From Tubiluchus corallicola (Eukaryota; Animalia; Priapulida): DNA of 64,000 nucleotides. Shown here piece by piece: positions 1 through 13,861 of this stretch; position 1 is the first letter of the stretch, and the number at the start of each line of letters is the position of its first letter. The DNA lies in NCBI GenBank assembly GCA_030141605.1, contig JAQGDQ010000067.1, positions 62,001 to 126,000 of the forward strand. The letters are read 5' to 3'. The notes beneath the pieces were generated by a model that had not been told where the DNA came from, did no database searches, and was given only the letters and a program-made list of their open reading frames with translations. The position numbers and the translations under genes were made by a program.

Positions 1-819
1 TGGCAAAATCAAAGACAAATGTAATATTTTAACGTCAAATTTATAAACATTGTCAAATTAGCGACAGACATTATAAATTTGCTTGAGTGTAGTAAAAGTG
101 TAATTTATGTCTCACAGCTGTTTTTGCGATTTTTAGAACCCATCAGCCAACTACTTTAAAGTATAATCACAATCAAATGTTTTGAGCCTTGAGTTCCCGG
201 ATTATTCAGGTTTCATGATTGTTTCACTAGATAGAAATGTATTTTTACATGGATACATTGAAAGTACATGTGAACAATGTTTCCATGCAGTTACGAAAGT
301 TAAAAAAGACGATTTTAAATAAGTAAATTTCACCCTAAAATTACATGTTACAGCAGCATAAAGAGAACAATGGGAATGCATTACATTAAAATTAACAGTT
401 ACTGATAATAATGATCATGATTTAGATTGTATTTGGACATATTAAGAGGCAAAGTTTCGCATTAAAACTTTTTAAATGTAATTATATTAGATACCGTTAA
501 ATAAAATAATTTATACATAATAATTTTACAGCTGCTACCTGCTGTAGAAGAGTTGTTTTGGATGCGGTACAGAAAAATGGATCCTTAAACCGTGGTCAAT
601 TTGTTGTTTGTGTTTATCTTTGAAAGCTATCGTAGGGCACAGTTTTCATTGTAGGAAGCTGAAATTTTGCATGAAAATACTGTGGATGCAGACCGCAACG
701 GATGATTTTCACGTTCCCATTACGGCTCTCAGTTATGTTCGTTAAATTGATCACACCCATTTAATGGCTGGGATTTCTTTCCAGATCTGCCCCCAACGAA
801 GTTGCGTATTCATGACAAC

Positions 820-3070
820 AGTAAACATTTGCCATGACATTCTTGCGGAAACCATTGAATGAAAAAAGGACCTGCCAGACCCAAGGATAATAGTACTCCC
901 ATTCTTGTTATGTTTCATACAGGATGGCTGTAAAAATACCTGACTGCTCTCTGCTTAAAACGAAAGAGAGATTTTACATTGAATTACATAGAAAGGGAAA
1001 GCAAAAAACACTGTCTTTCTAATCGACGAATAATACCAGTAATATTCAGTAACACACTGCACAGTAAAAATAATAAATTACCAGCTTATTATTGTTATGC
1101 TTGAATCTTATACATATTAGGGTCAAATTTGTCGGTAAAAACAGCTGCGGTGCGGTAAACTCGTGTGGTAAAAGCAGCTGCGCTTATTGACAAAATAAGA
1201 TCATTGTCTCTAAATTCGTACTGTTGCACATATATACTGTTGCACAAGTATCTAGTGATAATTCACTAGAGAAAGAACTAAGGTCCCATCCATCATGCAC
1301 CATGCAACTCAAGACCGCGGGATCTAGAAGGTAGCATATACATGATCAGGTTTGTTAAGGCCTAATTATGATAAAAAAAGGAATGACTCGACAATCGTTC
1401 GAACTTTCTAAAATGATTTCAAGCTTCTTTTAACAAATGTTATATTCTTGCAAATATAATAATTCAACGTTGTAGCTCAAAATTGCATGAGACAGCAATT
1501 TACCTTTTAAATTTGGCTAAAATTTTATCAGAAAGCATTAAGAAAACATTTGAAAGTTATCGCCTTTAGACTAGACGAAGTTTCGGGAAAGTGGAATCCT
1601 ATAACTAATCTTGTCAATTTGAGTATGCTGAAATGCGAAAAATACCTGTTGAAAGCTTGAAAAATTAAGGGAAAAGGATCAAGAACGAAAAAAAACAAGA
1701 TGGTCGCCACGTTTCTGCGCAAATAACATATATATATATATATATATACCTACTAGTTGTTTATAATATAATTAAAACAATATAATTAACAGAAGTTCCC
1801 AGAAAATTAACATTACGAGGTAATTCTTACATCTATTTCAGGTTAGTAGGACCTAAGCAATTCGTTTTGTTACTTTTATTTCAAAAATAGTTTTCGTTTT
1901 CTAAATAGTTGCCGCACAGAAAGAAATTATACTAATCATGCAATAATTGCTTCTCCCGAAGACTTTTTCAAGTCGGCGGAGAAAATGGCTGTTGCTAGTT
2001 TCTAAAAGCCATATCTTAGCTATTAGAACAGACACGATGATGATTTTGGATCTAAATATAGACTTTCGAGGTAAAGGAATCCATATCTGATGCTTAAAAA
2101 TACCACCTCAACTGGGATTTCAAGACAAGATCGCTGCAGCAGCTTGCATAATATATTAGCTATATTCCATGTTATAAGAAGGGCTGTTCTAAGAAACACT
2201 GCTACGGATTACTAGAGTTGAGGAGCTGATTGAACTCATGCCTGTGCTCGAACGTTTTGTTGTACGCCTGACAAAGCCAGCACATTGACGTCATTGACAA
2301 AGCAGTATAAAGATTTATTCATAAGAAAGAGAAGGTCAATGGAGGCAATTACTCCAACAGCTACCGCACTGTTGGAGCACATCAGGCATGCGGTATATCA
2401 GACAGGATCCTGATAGGCCTGGGCATTGATCATTGCCCCAGCTTTATCATCACCATTTGACTGGGGCCGGAAGAGGTCCATTGACGTGACGTGAGAACTA
2501 CATTATCTAGATTATCCTAACTAAAATTATCCTCCTCTCTCCAGTAGAATATGTGCAATGTAGCTTTATTACACTAGTAGCAGCAGCCATATTTGCATCC
2601 ATTTTGAAATCTGAATAGGTGATAGCATAGGTGCTTTTAAGCATGTAGATTACTTGACCTTGAAAATCCATATCATCTTATCTGTTCTAATAGTTTAGAT
2701 ATGGCTTATATGTGCTAACAATATCCTTTTTGTCTGCCATTTTGAAACTGGCGGCCATATTGTATGATTTTCGATTCACTCCATATCCAAAATTCACATC
2801 CTTTTTTCCTGCTATACTGAAACAGATGCCATATTCAGGATTCAGGATTGGTTTTCTGAAAATTTCTTTTGATTTATATAGTTTGTACAAAAACAAGACC
2901 AGTTATTCTGTTTTTGCGTTTTTGGACTCATTTCTGCTAATTTTTCAAGCTGGCAACAGTATTTTCGGATTCAGCATAGTCAAATTAATAAGACTGGCTC
3001 GTTACGCACTTTAAAAAAACGTCTCTAGAACTTTATAGAAATACCTTTTCGGGATTTTTTTCTAGTCTAA
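820..3070 (+). mobile_element. Decayed Academ-like DNA transposon remnant
   Basis: 2220-2480 translates with frameshifts and stops to PVLERFVVRL...MEAITPTATALLEHIRHAVYQTG...PALSSPFDWG, the LPPT..AL..H..RA.YQ...P..WGW block I associate with Academ-type proteins. Repeated aaaatggc/gccattttgaaa motifs. Boundaries are approximate. Confidence 0.5.
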
Positions 3071-3369
3071 CATTCTGACTACTTTTTACAGTTAATTGTG
3101 CACGTGCACAAAACGAAGCTAAAAAAATCAGCAAAATATAATCAGCGAAGGAAATTTTGCCAAAAATAACGAAGAATGAAGTTTAATATCCACAGGTGTT
3201 TTCAAATGGCTTAAGGAAATCGAGCAATGGAAGGATAATTATCTATGCGAAAAGTTTATAAAGCGTACGTTGTCTAAACCATGATGATTTTTTTTGGGTG
3301 GGGGATGGGGAATTTGAGATCTATTAGTTCTACGCTACATTATCAACATATATCATCTATAAGGAGTTA

Positions 3370-3632
3370 TTGTAAATCTGAATTTCCGGATCATGCAAAA
3401 CCGGACTATAACTGCGAAATTTTTGCACTCCGTCTGGTTACGACGATACACATTTTTCTCTCAAGTCATAATTGTAGTCAATCTTCCCGATGTGAAGCCA
3501 CAATTATGTTACTACGAAAATGCGATAGGAATAATTTATTAGTTTCACTTAGTTCTATTTTGAGGAGTCCGGTTTTGCAAAAAGGCAAAAAACTGCCAAT
3601 TTCAGTGATGCGCGAAAAATACGGATTTACAA
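3370..3632. mobile_element. Small non-autonomous inverted-repeat element
   Basis: tgcaaaaccggact (3394-3407) is the exact reverse complement of agtccggttttgca (3566-3579); outer pair ttgtaaatc / gatttacaa. Confidence 0.5.
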
Positions 3633-4596
3633 CATACCGCTACATATCCACAAGGCTGTAAGAGAAGACAACAAAATCATTATATAAGTATTGTAAGAAA
3701 TGACAATAATATCTTAATAATAATCGTATATGTTGATTTAAAACTGACAGAGATTGCAGAACTTGTCTGCTTATTTTTACTTACCAGCAATCCACACATG
3801 CGTTTCTGGTGAGTAAAGCAGACATGTACCCAGAAAGTTAAAATAACGGTCAATTTTGCCATATAAATTTCCGTTCTTTGGATAGGCTTACTCAGCAGAA
3901 AAATTAAACCAAAATTAACCCAAAAATTCCACCTTGTGGGGAAACTGCATAATTACTTAATTAATTTATTTAATTACACAGAAAATTACACGGAAAAAAG
4001 AAAACGCTGCATTAACCATCAAAATGTCTCTATTCCAGCATAGTATGGGTTTTTAAAAGTAAACAAGTACTCTTTCTTATTAGATGTTAAACATTTTGGC
4101 TGCACTGAATACATTATTTGTCGTAATTATGTAGCCATTTTTAATATATAATAAGCAGCTATTGACATATAAAACGTATGAGCGAGCTGGGCGAGTAGTA
4201 CATGAAAATTATATTTTTTGGTTCAGAAATTCATATATCATGTTTAAATATACATGTAAGTAATATAAAAGATATATATGATGACTTTTATATAATCATT
4301 CAAAAGTGATATATGATAATACGGATATCATTTGTAATCCCAACAAAAATTTTGGCTCTCTCATAACTCTTTTCAAGCTAGTGTTAACATATTTGCTAAC
4401 TATATTTGTTTTAATAAAAGGATAAATATAAACTGACAATGAAAATTTGAAATTGTTTTGTACAATTCCACTAAACCTCCTATAAGTAAAAGTTGTTCAC
4501 ATGTAATTCAACAGAACAAATTTCAGTTAGATAATTTTAATTAATTAATCCTTTTGCTTAGGCTCTTTGGTGATATTACATGGACATTGGGAGGGA

Positions 4597-4840
4597 AGTT
4601 GGAAATTTATATGTACCGACCGACAACAGTACAAACATGTGCAGTGCTGATTGAATGCAAGTTCCATCGGAGCCAGATTAAGGTTATGGTACCCCATATA
4701 TGTGTAATTCAGAATAAAAACAATACTAAACTATAAAATGAAATTTTATCTTGAGTCTGAGAATACAAAAGAAAACAATAATTAAATAATTGCCTGTCAT
4801 GTCACTCATGTTGTCGGTCGGTACATATAAATTTCCAACT
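4597..4840. mobile_element. MITE with perfect 32-bp terminal inverted repeats
   Basis: agttggaaatttatatgtaccgaccgacaaca (4597-4628) and its exact reverse complement (4809-4840). Confidence 0.8.
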
Positions 4841-5153
4841 AGTTAAATAGTTAAATAGCATCTTGTTCTGGTAAGCACTATGAACGTGCATGAAACATAC
4901 TACAAAATGTGGACACTAAACAGTAATGATGACCATTAACTAAAGCCCTCAAAAGAGGTTTATTGTTCTTACTAATATGAAGTTTGTGGGAAAGGATTTA
5001 TTTTAACATATTTTGACCTCGTGATCTTGACCTTTGACATTTTGAACCCAACACCAACGGGTTTCTAGACCTTGCCCATCATATCTCTGTGCCAGCTTAG
5101 TGAAAATGCTTTGCTTTTTCTAGCGCTGCCCCTGCTTATTATATTATGCTTAA

Positions 5154-5767
5154 CCCTTATAGGGTCAACCTTTTTACAACCGATTTTGGTAACCGGGGGT
5201 TAAAAAATTACCCCCACCATAATTCGTAAATTACTTTTGATAAACCGCCTTGTTTCATTAGTAAACAACAACAGCATAATTTGTGGTTATGCTGACCACC
5301 ATAGGATACATAATACCTCTGCTTAAGGACATGTGACTTTTTAGTAATACGAAATTTAAATTCACTTAGTTACGTTCCCTTATCTATGCTGGAATAACTG
5401 TAGACAACCAACATTGCTAGCGCGTGTGCAAAAATCATTGTTATTTAGAATTTATTGTCTACTACTTTCTTCTAGATTATACAGATATCAGCATACAGAC
5501 GTCTGACATTTTGTTTTATCGGATACATCGCCCGTATAATGTCAAGCGAAGTAAAGTTTCGAAAATCTTAAAAAATCGACATATTGCATTTTCACTTTTA
5601 TTTCGCGGTGAGACAATGCGCCTAAAATAAATAACTGAAAGTATTTTGTGCACAAAACATATTTAGAAAAAGTCATAGAAAAGGTTTACTGGTATGCGTA
5701 TGGTAAAAGGGTAAAATGCAAAAAACCGGTCTGGGGGTAATTTTTTGCCGCCGGTGACCCATAAGGG
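5154..5767. mobile_element. Non-autonomous piggyBac-type element (614 bp)
   Basis: TTAA at 5150-5153 and 5768-5771; termini CCCTTAT...ATAAGGG; subterminal inverted repeat aaaaaattaccccca / tgggggtaatttttt. Confidence 0.85.
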
Positions 5768-5858
5768 TTAAATTAATGGATTTCCCCAAGGTTGATTTTG
5801 GTTTAATTTCTTACGTCATAACTACTATATAGTAGCAACAGAATATTTTTCCCGTAAC

Positions 5859-5860
<2 letters not shown>

Positions 5861-5892
<32 letters not shown>

Positions 5893-6020
5893 GGCACTCA
5901 GGCAAAAAATATGGCATAATTTTGGTATGTTTTTCCTTGTTTTTCCTATTATAACTGCCGAGGACTGAAAACAAGGAAACATATTATGCCAAATTATGCC
6001 GCATTCTTTACTTTAGCGCC
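5861..6020. repeat. (AAT)n tract plus ~130-bp imperfect palindrome
   Basis: ggcataattttggtatgtttttccttgtttt pairs with aaaacaaggaaacatattatgccaaattatgcc; outer taaggc...gcctta. Confidence 0.65.
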
Positions 6021-6310
<290 letters not shown>

Positions 6311-7589
6311 AACAGTGAATACAAAAAATCGTTGGTGATTGTAAAAATAATATCAAAGTTCTAATTACTAAACTTAAACTCAAAAGACCAAGCAACACTT
6401 AATTTACCCAACTCTAATACGGAGAGTTAAAAGCAATTGCGAGGCTTTATGTTAGGCAGTGGCGCCACCTGTATAACTATGGTTGCCTTTTAGTTGAGGG
6501 TCCATGGATTTTTATGAATATAACCTTGCATTATCCGCATGAGAGCTTTAGCGCGATTGCGTTACCTTTTGTAAGGATTATCAGTCACGACTGGTATAAA
6601 GCAAATATTTGCATCTTGAAGTCCGCTCTCGTCATAACTTATCTGCATTATTTTCACTTTTACACCGGATACGGCGGGCATACTTTACCGCCCATACGGG
6701 CGGAGCCTTCAACTGAGCGGTCTAAAGCAATCTAGTCGCAAATAGGAAGTAGTAAACTGGCTCGTTCACTAAATAATGAATTTCAGCCATACTGCAGAAT
6801 AATAGTAATCTCCGGACCTTTCAATACGTTTAAGTTTAAATTTCATTTGCACGTTCCCGGTTTCAGCAAATACTGCCGTTACAAGCACTGGCTTCATGCG
6901 CATCTGCTCTATAGGCTTTATTAATCGCTACCACCGTTCAATACTGCGCTAACTAAACATACTAAAACCATTTTTTTATAAACTATTTGTTTATAAAAAA
7001 TACACAATTGCCAACCTTCTAAAAACGAAATTAGGTTAACTTCTTTCACCGCGGGTAACTATAGCGGTTAACTTCACTTTCACATCAGCAACATCATTAT
7101 ACAAATGCTTAACTAAAGTAATTCTTGTGCAAACATTTAATCGTGGAAGCTCTACCCCATCCCTTCGCCACTTTCAATATTTTCTTTGTGTTTTATTATA
7201 CTGACCTTTATTGTCAATATCTTTTGGTTGTATTCCAACCCCGTGTAAGGTGGCAAATATAGTATAATATTGTATTGAACACCTCTTTCACGCTAAACAT
7301 GAGTTTCTGACCTGTATATAAAGGGTTTCTTTGCTCTTTTACTGGTCCAGTAGATTAAACAACGACGGTGTAAACTCTATTTTATCATTTTAATCTACTT
7401 CATGTAATTTGCGAACATTTTTTGTTTCGTGGATGGATGTCAGATGAGTTATTGACGGCCTCCGCATCTGGTACCGATCCAACCTAGGTAGTTTTAGCCA
7501 CTTCTTGGCGCGGTACCGCCTGCAGTTCAATATGTATATACATGTAATATATACATCAATTCTCAAAAAATCTTGAACCTGAAATTAAG

Positions 7590-9280
7590 AATTGCACACC
7601 AATGCATTTCTGTTTCTGACCCTCACTTTTCGGCTTTTGCCCCCTACTGTGGTCAGAGATCAACCAGTCTCGGCATAACTTATATCATCGATAACCTTCG
7701 TTTGATATACTACAAGCTAGTTTCGGTCGACACTGGAAGGCCTTTGTCTCTTCAACCCCTATTTTGCCCCCTTAGCCATTCTCATTGTATCCTATGCCAT
7801 TCGATCCGTCTCATCGAGACCTTTCATTTGATATGCTACAAGGTACCATTGCTCAACACTCGGTACACTTCTGTTCCGGACCCCCATTTTTCAGTCTTCC
7901 CCCTAGCGAAAATTTTTTCTACAAGTGCACGCCCCATATTTTGTGATGTGCAAGGCCGCGACACCGCCTAGCAACATACCAAAAATTGTGGCACTAGCTC
8001 AATAACTATGGAAACAGAAATATCATACAGAAAAATAAATGAAGACCCGTCCACCCGGCGACTCGGGTCACATGTGTATATAGATAATTTTGCCCAGAGA
8101 GTGTACCCTGTGAGTTCTGTGTGCCTAGCTGTCAGCATGTAAAAGGTCACCAATTGGGGGACCCCAAATTTTGCATTTTGGCTCCTCCCTCAGGCGTTTA
8201 CAGCTTGCGAGACTTTTAAAGATTTTTAAATCCCAGGTGCACATCTACCCCACAGTGCCCAAATACTTGTGAAAAAAATTTGGAAAAAACCGAAAGGCCT
8301 AGGAGGATATGCGACCTAAAGGAAAAAACGACCGATGCCCACTGCCCTTCCCCCTTAACCAATGGTCAGTGGTCACCACACTGTTGTACGTTCACCGCCC
8401 AGAGCTACCAATCCTGTGAGTTTTGTGACCCAAGCTTGAAATCCTTGAAAGTTAATAAGCATTTAAGTTGCGGAGAATAAATAAGAATAATAAACTAATT
8501 GACAATGTTTCTGACGTGGTCAAAAACTGAAAATTCTGCAAACAATAGATGTAAAATTCAGCCTTAAAAATGAAGAGACGTCAGTCTTTTTTGAAAGTGC
8601 TTATTTTCTTTTATTGAATTGCTTGAATACACGGAAAGTGTATTTCACAATGAAACCTCAGCATTTAACTGTTCAGCCCATCACTCACGGGTCAAAGGTC
8701 AACAATTTTGGCATAACATATCATTCAGTTTGTCTCATTGAGACCATTTATTTGATATACAACAAGCTATTTTTGGTAGACCTTGGAAGGCATTTGTCTC
8801 CTCGGTCCCTATTCTGCCCCTAACTGGGTCACAGGTTAACGATTCTCATTGTAACCCATTCGATCCGCCACATCGACACCTTTCATTTGATGTGCTACAT
8901 GGTACCATTGCTCGACACTCAGTGCACTTCTGTTCCCTAGCTCCATTTTTCATTTTTTGCCCCCTAGAGGGATTGTAGATTAACCATTCTCATTGTCACC
9001 TATTCCATTCGACCCGCCTCATCGAAACCAATTGGGGACCCGAAATTTTGCATTTTGGCCCCTCCCTCGGGCGTTTAAAACTTGCCAACTTTTTAAAACC
9101 CCAGGTGCACACCTGCCGCACAGTGCCCAAATACTTGTGAAAAAAAATTTGAAAAACCGAAGGCCCTAGGAGGAGATGCGACTTAAAGGAAAAAGTTATC
9201 GACGCCCACTACCCTTCTCCCTTGACCTTACGAGTTATTAAGCATTAAAGTTGCGGAGAATAAATAAGATTAAAGAAATA
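7590..9280. repeat. Internally repetitive non-coding element (Helentron/DINE-like) with duplicated modules
   Basis: Module ...cctttcatttgat.tgctaca.ggtaccattgctc.acactc... recurs at ~7790-7910 and ~8840-8970; caattgggg...gttgcggagaataaataaga recurs at ~8150-8490 and ~9030-9270. The family call is inference. Confidence 0.6.
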
Positions 9281-11039
9281 AACAACTCAATGAAAAACAG
9301 TAAGATATTCCTAATTACAGTATTTTTCCGTACTTATCAGCTTCTTCCTTCTTGGTAACATTCTTCAGCGACTCAATTTAGTGGGAATGAATGAAAAGAA
9401 AGACTCAGTTAATGCTTGATCTGAACATTGTGAAACGGAAAAAACTTTGAGGCATGTTGACAACGAATTAATCGAAATACTACTGTTTTGAAATGATGGT
9501 TATGCCATCCAAAATCAAATCTGTGAAAGCTTAACAGAAACTATACTTATGTTACATCCTTGATGAGTTTCCGCGGGGACTAAGGGGGATATTATAAACG
9601 CTATAATGTTTCTAAGCTATACTATTTTAAACTTAACGAGTACGCTAACGTGCCCCAAACATTACACTGCTCTGTTTTCATACTTCAAAGCAAATATCAA
9701 GCAATTACTGGTTTATTGCTGGAATAATTTAAACCGTCGGGCCAACAGAGGGAAAATCTGCGATTTTCCTAGCCACAAAATGAAATCCAGGAGTTGGCTA
9801 AGTAACACATGATATTAAAACCTACAGCTACTGCCTAATAGTTTACTGTTTCTGCCGCATGTATAATTGATTAATAGCAAACAGCTCAAAATAATTTAGT
9901 GTAGCATATATTAGTATAGCTCTGAATTTTATACATCAAAAATAAACAGCATGCAAGTTCAACATACATTTCATTTTTCATAGTCTTTATAGTATTTTTC
10001 AATTCATAATGTCGATTGATGTTACCAATGTTAAATAATTGCAGCAGAAGTCTTTTCATCTAGCTGAAATCTTATGTTTCAGACGAGAATTGGAACAAAG
10101 TCATGGGGCCCAATCCGGTTGATCAGGACGCCTTGTCCCAGTTCAACCGGTGACCCAAGTAACGGATTTACAAAAATTTGGCGTAAGGCGTAGTACGTTT
10201 TTGCAAAGAAAAAGATTCATTAATTATATTTTTATTTATTTTATTTTAAATTTATTTCATACGTATTTACTCCAATAACCCTCTGTTAAACCGCTAGCAC
10301 GTTTGTAGGTTTGCCTGCTTGCTTATTTGTTTTTTTCTGTTTCACTGATTTTTGTTTGTTGGTGGGTGGTAGGCTATTTGACTTATGATATTTTAATGAT
10401 CTGTGACGAAACTGTGAGTATTATTGCAAAGTGGCGCCACATGCCGTCGAAAAGCGTTACTAAACAGCTAACATATCAAGAAAAGTTTGGTGCTTTGTCA
10501 TTTTTCAAACAGATCCACTTTGACAATATTTTAATACAGTTGTTATTTGTAATTTTCCAAAGTTTGCATAAAATGACAAATTTTGAAACAAGTTACAAAT
10601 GTCCTATAGTTATAGAATCGTAGATTGCTTACTATATAACACGCAAATATTTGAAACTTTCTGAAATACACTTCGCGGGTATTCTGTACTAGATATAGAT
10701 AAGAATGTTGTACCAGATAGATAGGACAAACAATGTGCGTAACGTGCGAAATTGCGAAACAGCATTTTTCCTAACGTAGGCCTACTAATACTACTTTTTA
10801 CTTTGAGCAGTTACAACAGTTGAAGATCTACTCACGCTGCACTTCGTTGTGTTCCATGTAAGCTGAAAAATAACGATAATAATATCATATTTTTATAAAA
10901 TCGATCAGAAATGCTGCTATGCAACACAGTTTTGCTTAAATAACATTGCTTCAATGTGCTTAGCCAGCAGTAATAAAATACTTAAGGACCAATTATGACC
11001 CTTAGTGCCAAATTTTTAAATAATGACAACAACAACGCT

Positions 11040-11470
11040 GTATTGCCTGCGGGTATTCTGGAGGAATATTTTAGGTATGTAATTTGAACTAATCTAAGCA
11101 ACAACTGTGACATTCAAATCCAGACTAGTCTATTTTTTGTTTACGGCTAACTCTTTAATACAAAAATTTTCCATGTGTTTGGACGATGTTAAAATCATAC
11201 TATTTAAGAGTTACTGCTGCACCTTTTACTGTATGTCTTCATGGGCTAATTATAGTAAATTATAATAATGGTGTGATAGAATGACTGCGCGTTGCACACA
11301 ACAATGGTAACAGAAAACTGTTTCACTTAAAGTATGACTGCGATGTGCTGCTAGCATGTGTGTAAATCTATCTCTATCCCATTTTAGTCAAATTCGCAGA
11401 AGATTGTGGCAATGCTATTATTATAACTGCCACTATTAACTCTTGCTCTTTTATGAAATGGAATGAATTT
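11040..11470 (+). mobile_element. Internal/3' fragment of a LINE, same family as 39560-40010
   Basis: Colinear similarity, e.g. gtgacattcaaatccagactagtc...ggacgatgttaaaatcatactatttaagagttactgc versus gtgacattcaaaaccagactagtc...ggacgatgttaaaattatattatttaagagttactgc. Confidence 0.75.
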
Positions 11471-11516
11471 TTGTATTGCGTAATTAGTTTCTTAAAATTT
11501 ACTGACCATGTATATA

Positions 11517-11524
11517 TATCATCA

Positions 11525-11560
<36 letters not shown>

Positions 11561-11586
11561 TCATCATCAACATCATCATCATCATA
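11517..11586. repeat. (CAT/CGT)n microsatellite
   Basis: Directly visible. Confidence 0.9.
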
Positions 11587-12286
11587 CTATATTATTATAA
11601 AATATTATATCAGTCAGTACCTATGCCAGGTACATTCTAATACTGTTAAAGTTCGAAAAATTAGAGCAGCTATTTAGAACAATTTTGCTAAATGTTTATC
11701 TTGTAATATCTTAATGCACTAAGCAACTAGTTTCGTAGACACGTTACAATAATATTACGGTGTTTTACTACTAGTGAACTGCTATAATCCAAATTAGTAA
11801 CCAATTATTTTATAATCGTTAATTTAAATTGTAGGTACTTTTCATCCATGACGTGAAGTGCATAGTATACACACTGGAAAGTGCTCAATTTGACTTTGCA
11901 ACTTCTGATCTTATATTGAGATTCTCCAAGAATGAATCGATTCGAAAAAATATTTATTATTGAAAAAAAGAACTTTTAATAAAAAACAGTTCTTACTGGC
12001 AAGAGCATGGTATTTACAAAAAAAATCCACAATTGAAACAGTGAAGAAGCACAACGTTTCACCTAGGTTATGTGACAAAAAAGAAAAAAAAGAAAAATCA
12101 CATTAGGACAGTAGGACTAATTTTTGATTTTTTATATTATATACAAATAAAAACACCGCGCTTAAAATCACGGCAGCAAAGTACAGCAAATAAAAACGTA
12201 GACCAAACGCAGAAGTAGAAAACAGAATCACAAACAAGTAACGAAAGAGAGATACGAAAACTAATGAAAAGACTAACAGTTTTTAC

Positions 12287-12447
12287 CACTTTAACTCTCC
12301 TTTGAACTTCGGCACGATGCCAGTTCCCATCATCAAATCGTACATTTGCTGGTTTCACTGTTGCTTCCATGACTCCTGCACCCAGGTACACCACAAAATG
12401 CACGTGCCCCTCCTCCAAATATAAAATTAAGTAGCTTTCTCCATCCC
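12287..12447 (-). CDS. Nrxn: Alpha-neurexin coding exon (LNS2, up to the splice-site-2 position)
   Basis: Acceptor ctgttcactttag|GG, phase 1. GDGESYLILYLEEGHVHFVVYLGAGVMEATVKPANVRFDDGNWHRAEVQRRVKV resembles neurexin [46 protein letters not shown]. Donor GTG|GTAAAA at 12287, or ACT|GTTAGT at 12278. Confidence 0.93.
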
Positions 12448-13714
12448 CTAAAGTGAACAGGTCAAGGATAGTTTACGCTTCAATATGTTTTAGAAAAATT
12501 TAGCGTAGCAAATACCGTCTCTACCAGCCTATCTACTATCATCTACTACTATAAAGCTGCATTTACCAGATATCAGAAATTGGGTCTACGTTACTTTGTG
12601 TAAGGACAAATACTTTATCGGTCAAGTTGTCTAAACGTTGTGTGAACACAAAAATAATGTTAAGTCGTATGCGTGTCAATCATACGTATGTACTCTATGG
12701 TGTAACTTTTTCCAATACAATTACACTCCTTACTCTAAAGTATTACGCAATCACTCTACAATCTTCGACTTTTTGGAAAGATGTAGCATAAGTGTATAAT
12801 TTGTAAATTCTAATATTCCTAACTATGACGTCATTACAAGAAAGATCACAGGATCATTTATATATATGGGCTGGCAGAATTACCCAATGATATAGTTGAT
12901 AAACAGCGCGTTTACTCTTCATATCGTGGTACAATTATATGGACCTATTGGCATAGAATATGTTTTGCAGTACGCAATCAATATCTTTTACAATGGGGCT
13001 GGTATTGAGTCTGGTGCTCGGCCTGATCCAGTGCGCTATGGGTTCTTATAACTTCAGATATATATATATATATATAGGGTGGCGTAAAGTATGCTGAAGT
13101 TTTGATTACAATATTATAACAAGAAAAAAACGAAATCGCTTGAAAATTGTCATGCTGATGTTGTATACGATGATGAACGTCAGAAATTTTAGTCATTCCA
13201 AAGATACAGAAGTTTCAAATCAGCCAGGAAAAAAAATAAATGCCAGAAATATTTCGTGTCACTAATATTAAAATTTACAAGAAATGTTCTATGTGTCCAT
13301 CAAAAACGAAGGCATTTTCCAACAGCTGATACAGTTTCTCTCTTCTTTCTTAGCTCTCAATAACATTTTTTAGCTCTCAGTAATATTTGTCTTTAGTTTC
13401 TCTGCATCAAACAGCTGTGTGCACACATCTTACTCTTTCTGTAAGGTAGCATTTTTCCAGATACCATAGTTCAGAAGAGTAAGTCCCATTTATTCTTGAT
13501 AACAAATCTGTGTTTTATCTTTTGTGGTGAAGACCATGTTGCAAACTACTAATTGATTTCTTTATTGTTTGTTGCAATGTACTGATTGCTTTATGTTTTT
13601 CAAGTCTACTCTAATACATCATCGATTTAAATAGGTAGCGGTTTAAGCAAATGCGTTGATATGCTCTCCACACTGCAATATTCTATATTAAAACTTAAGT
13701 AGAGAAAGCATTAC

Positions 13715-13861
13715 CTGAGTAAAAAAGTAGGCCGCTTGGATGTTGTGTTTTGAAGAATAACGTTATTACTTCGTTGCTGCTGCTAATGGAACCACCTTTG
13801 GAAGATAAATTATAACTAATGTATTCTGCACCATGAAAAGATGCTTCTGCTGGCTTCTTGG
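13715..13861 (-). CDS. Nrxn: Alpha-neurexin coding exon (start of LNS2)
   Basis: Acceptor ttttctgtttgtttcag|C and donor TCAG|GTAATG; 147 nt, phase 1/1, in frame with the upstream exon. AKKPAEASFHGAEYISYNLS...SSSNEVITLFFKTQHPSGLLFYSG aligns by eye with neurexin ATFKGSEYFCYDLS...SSSDEITLSFKT...GLMLHTG. Confidence 0.93.

Noticed and set aside
7590-9280. CRISPR-like or novel repeat array
   Set aside because: Long diverged modules with no repeat-spacer periodicity, in a eukaryotic intron with no cas genes.
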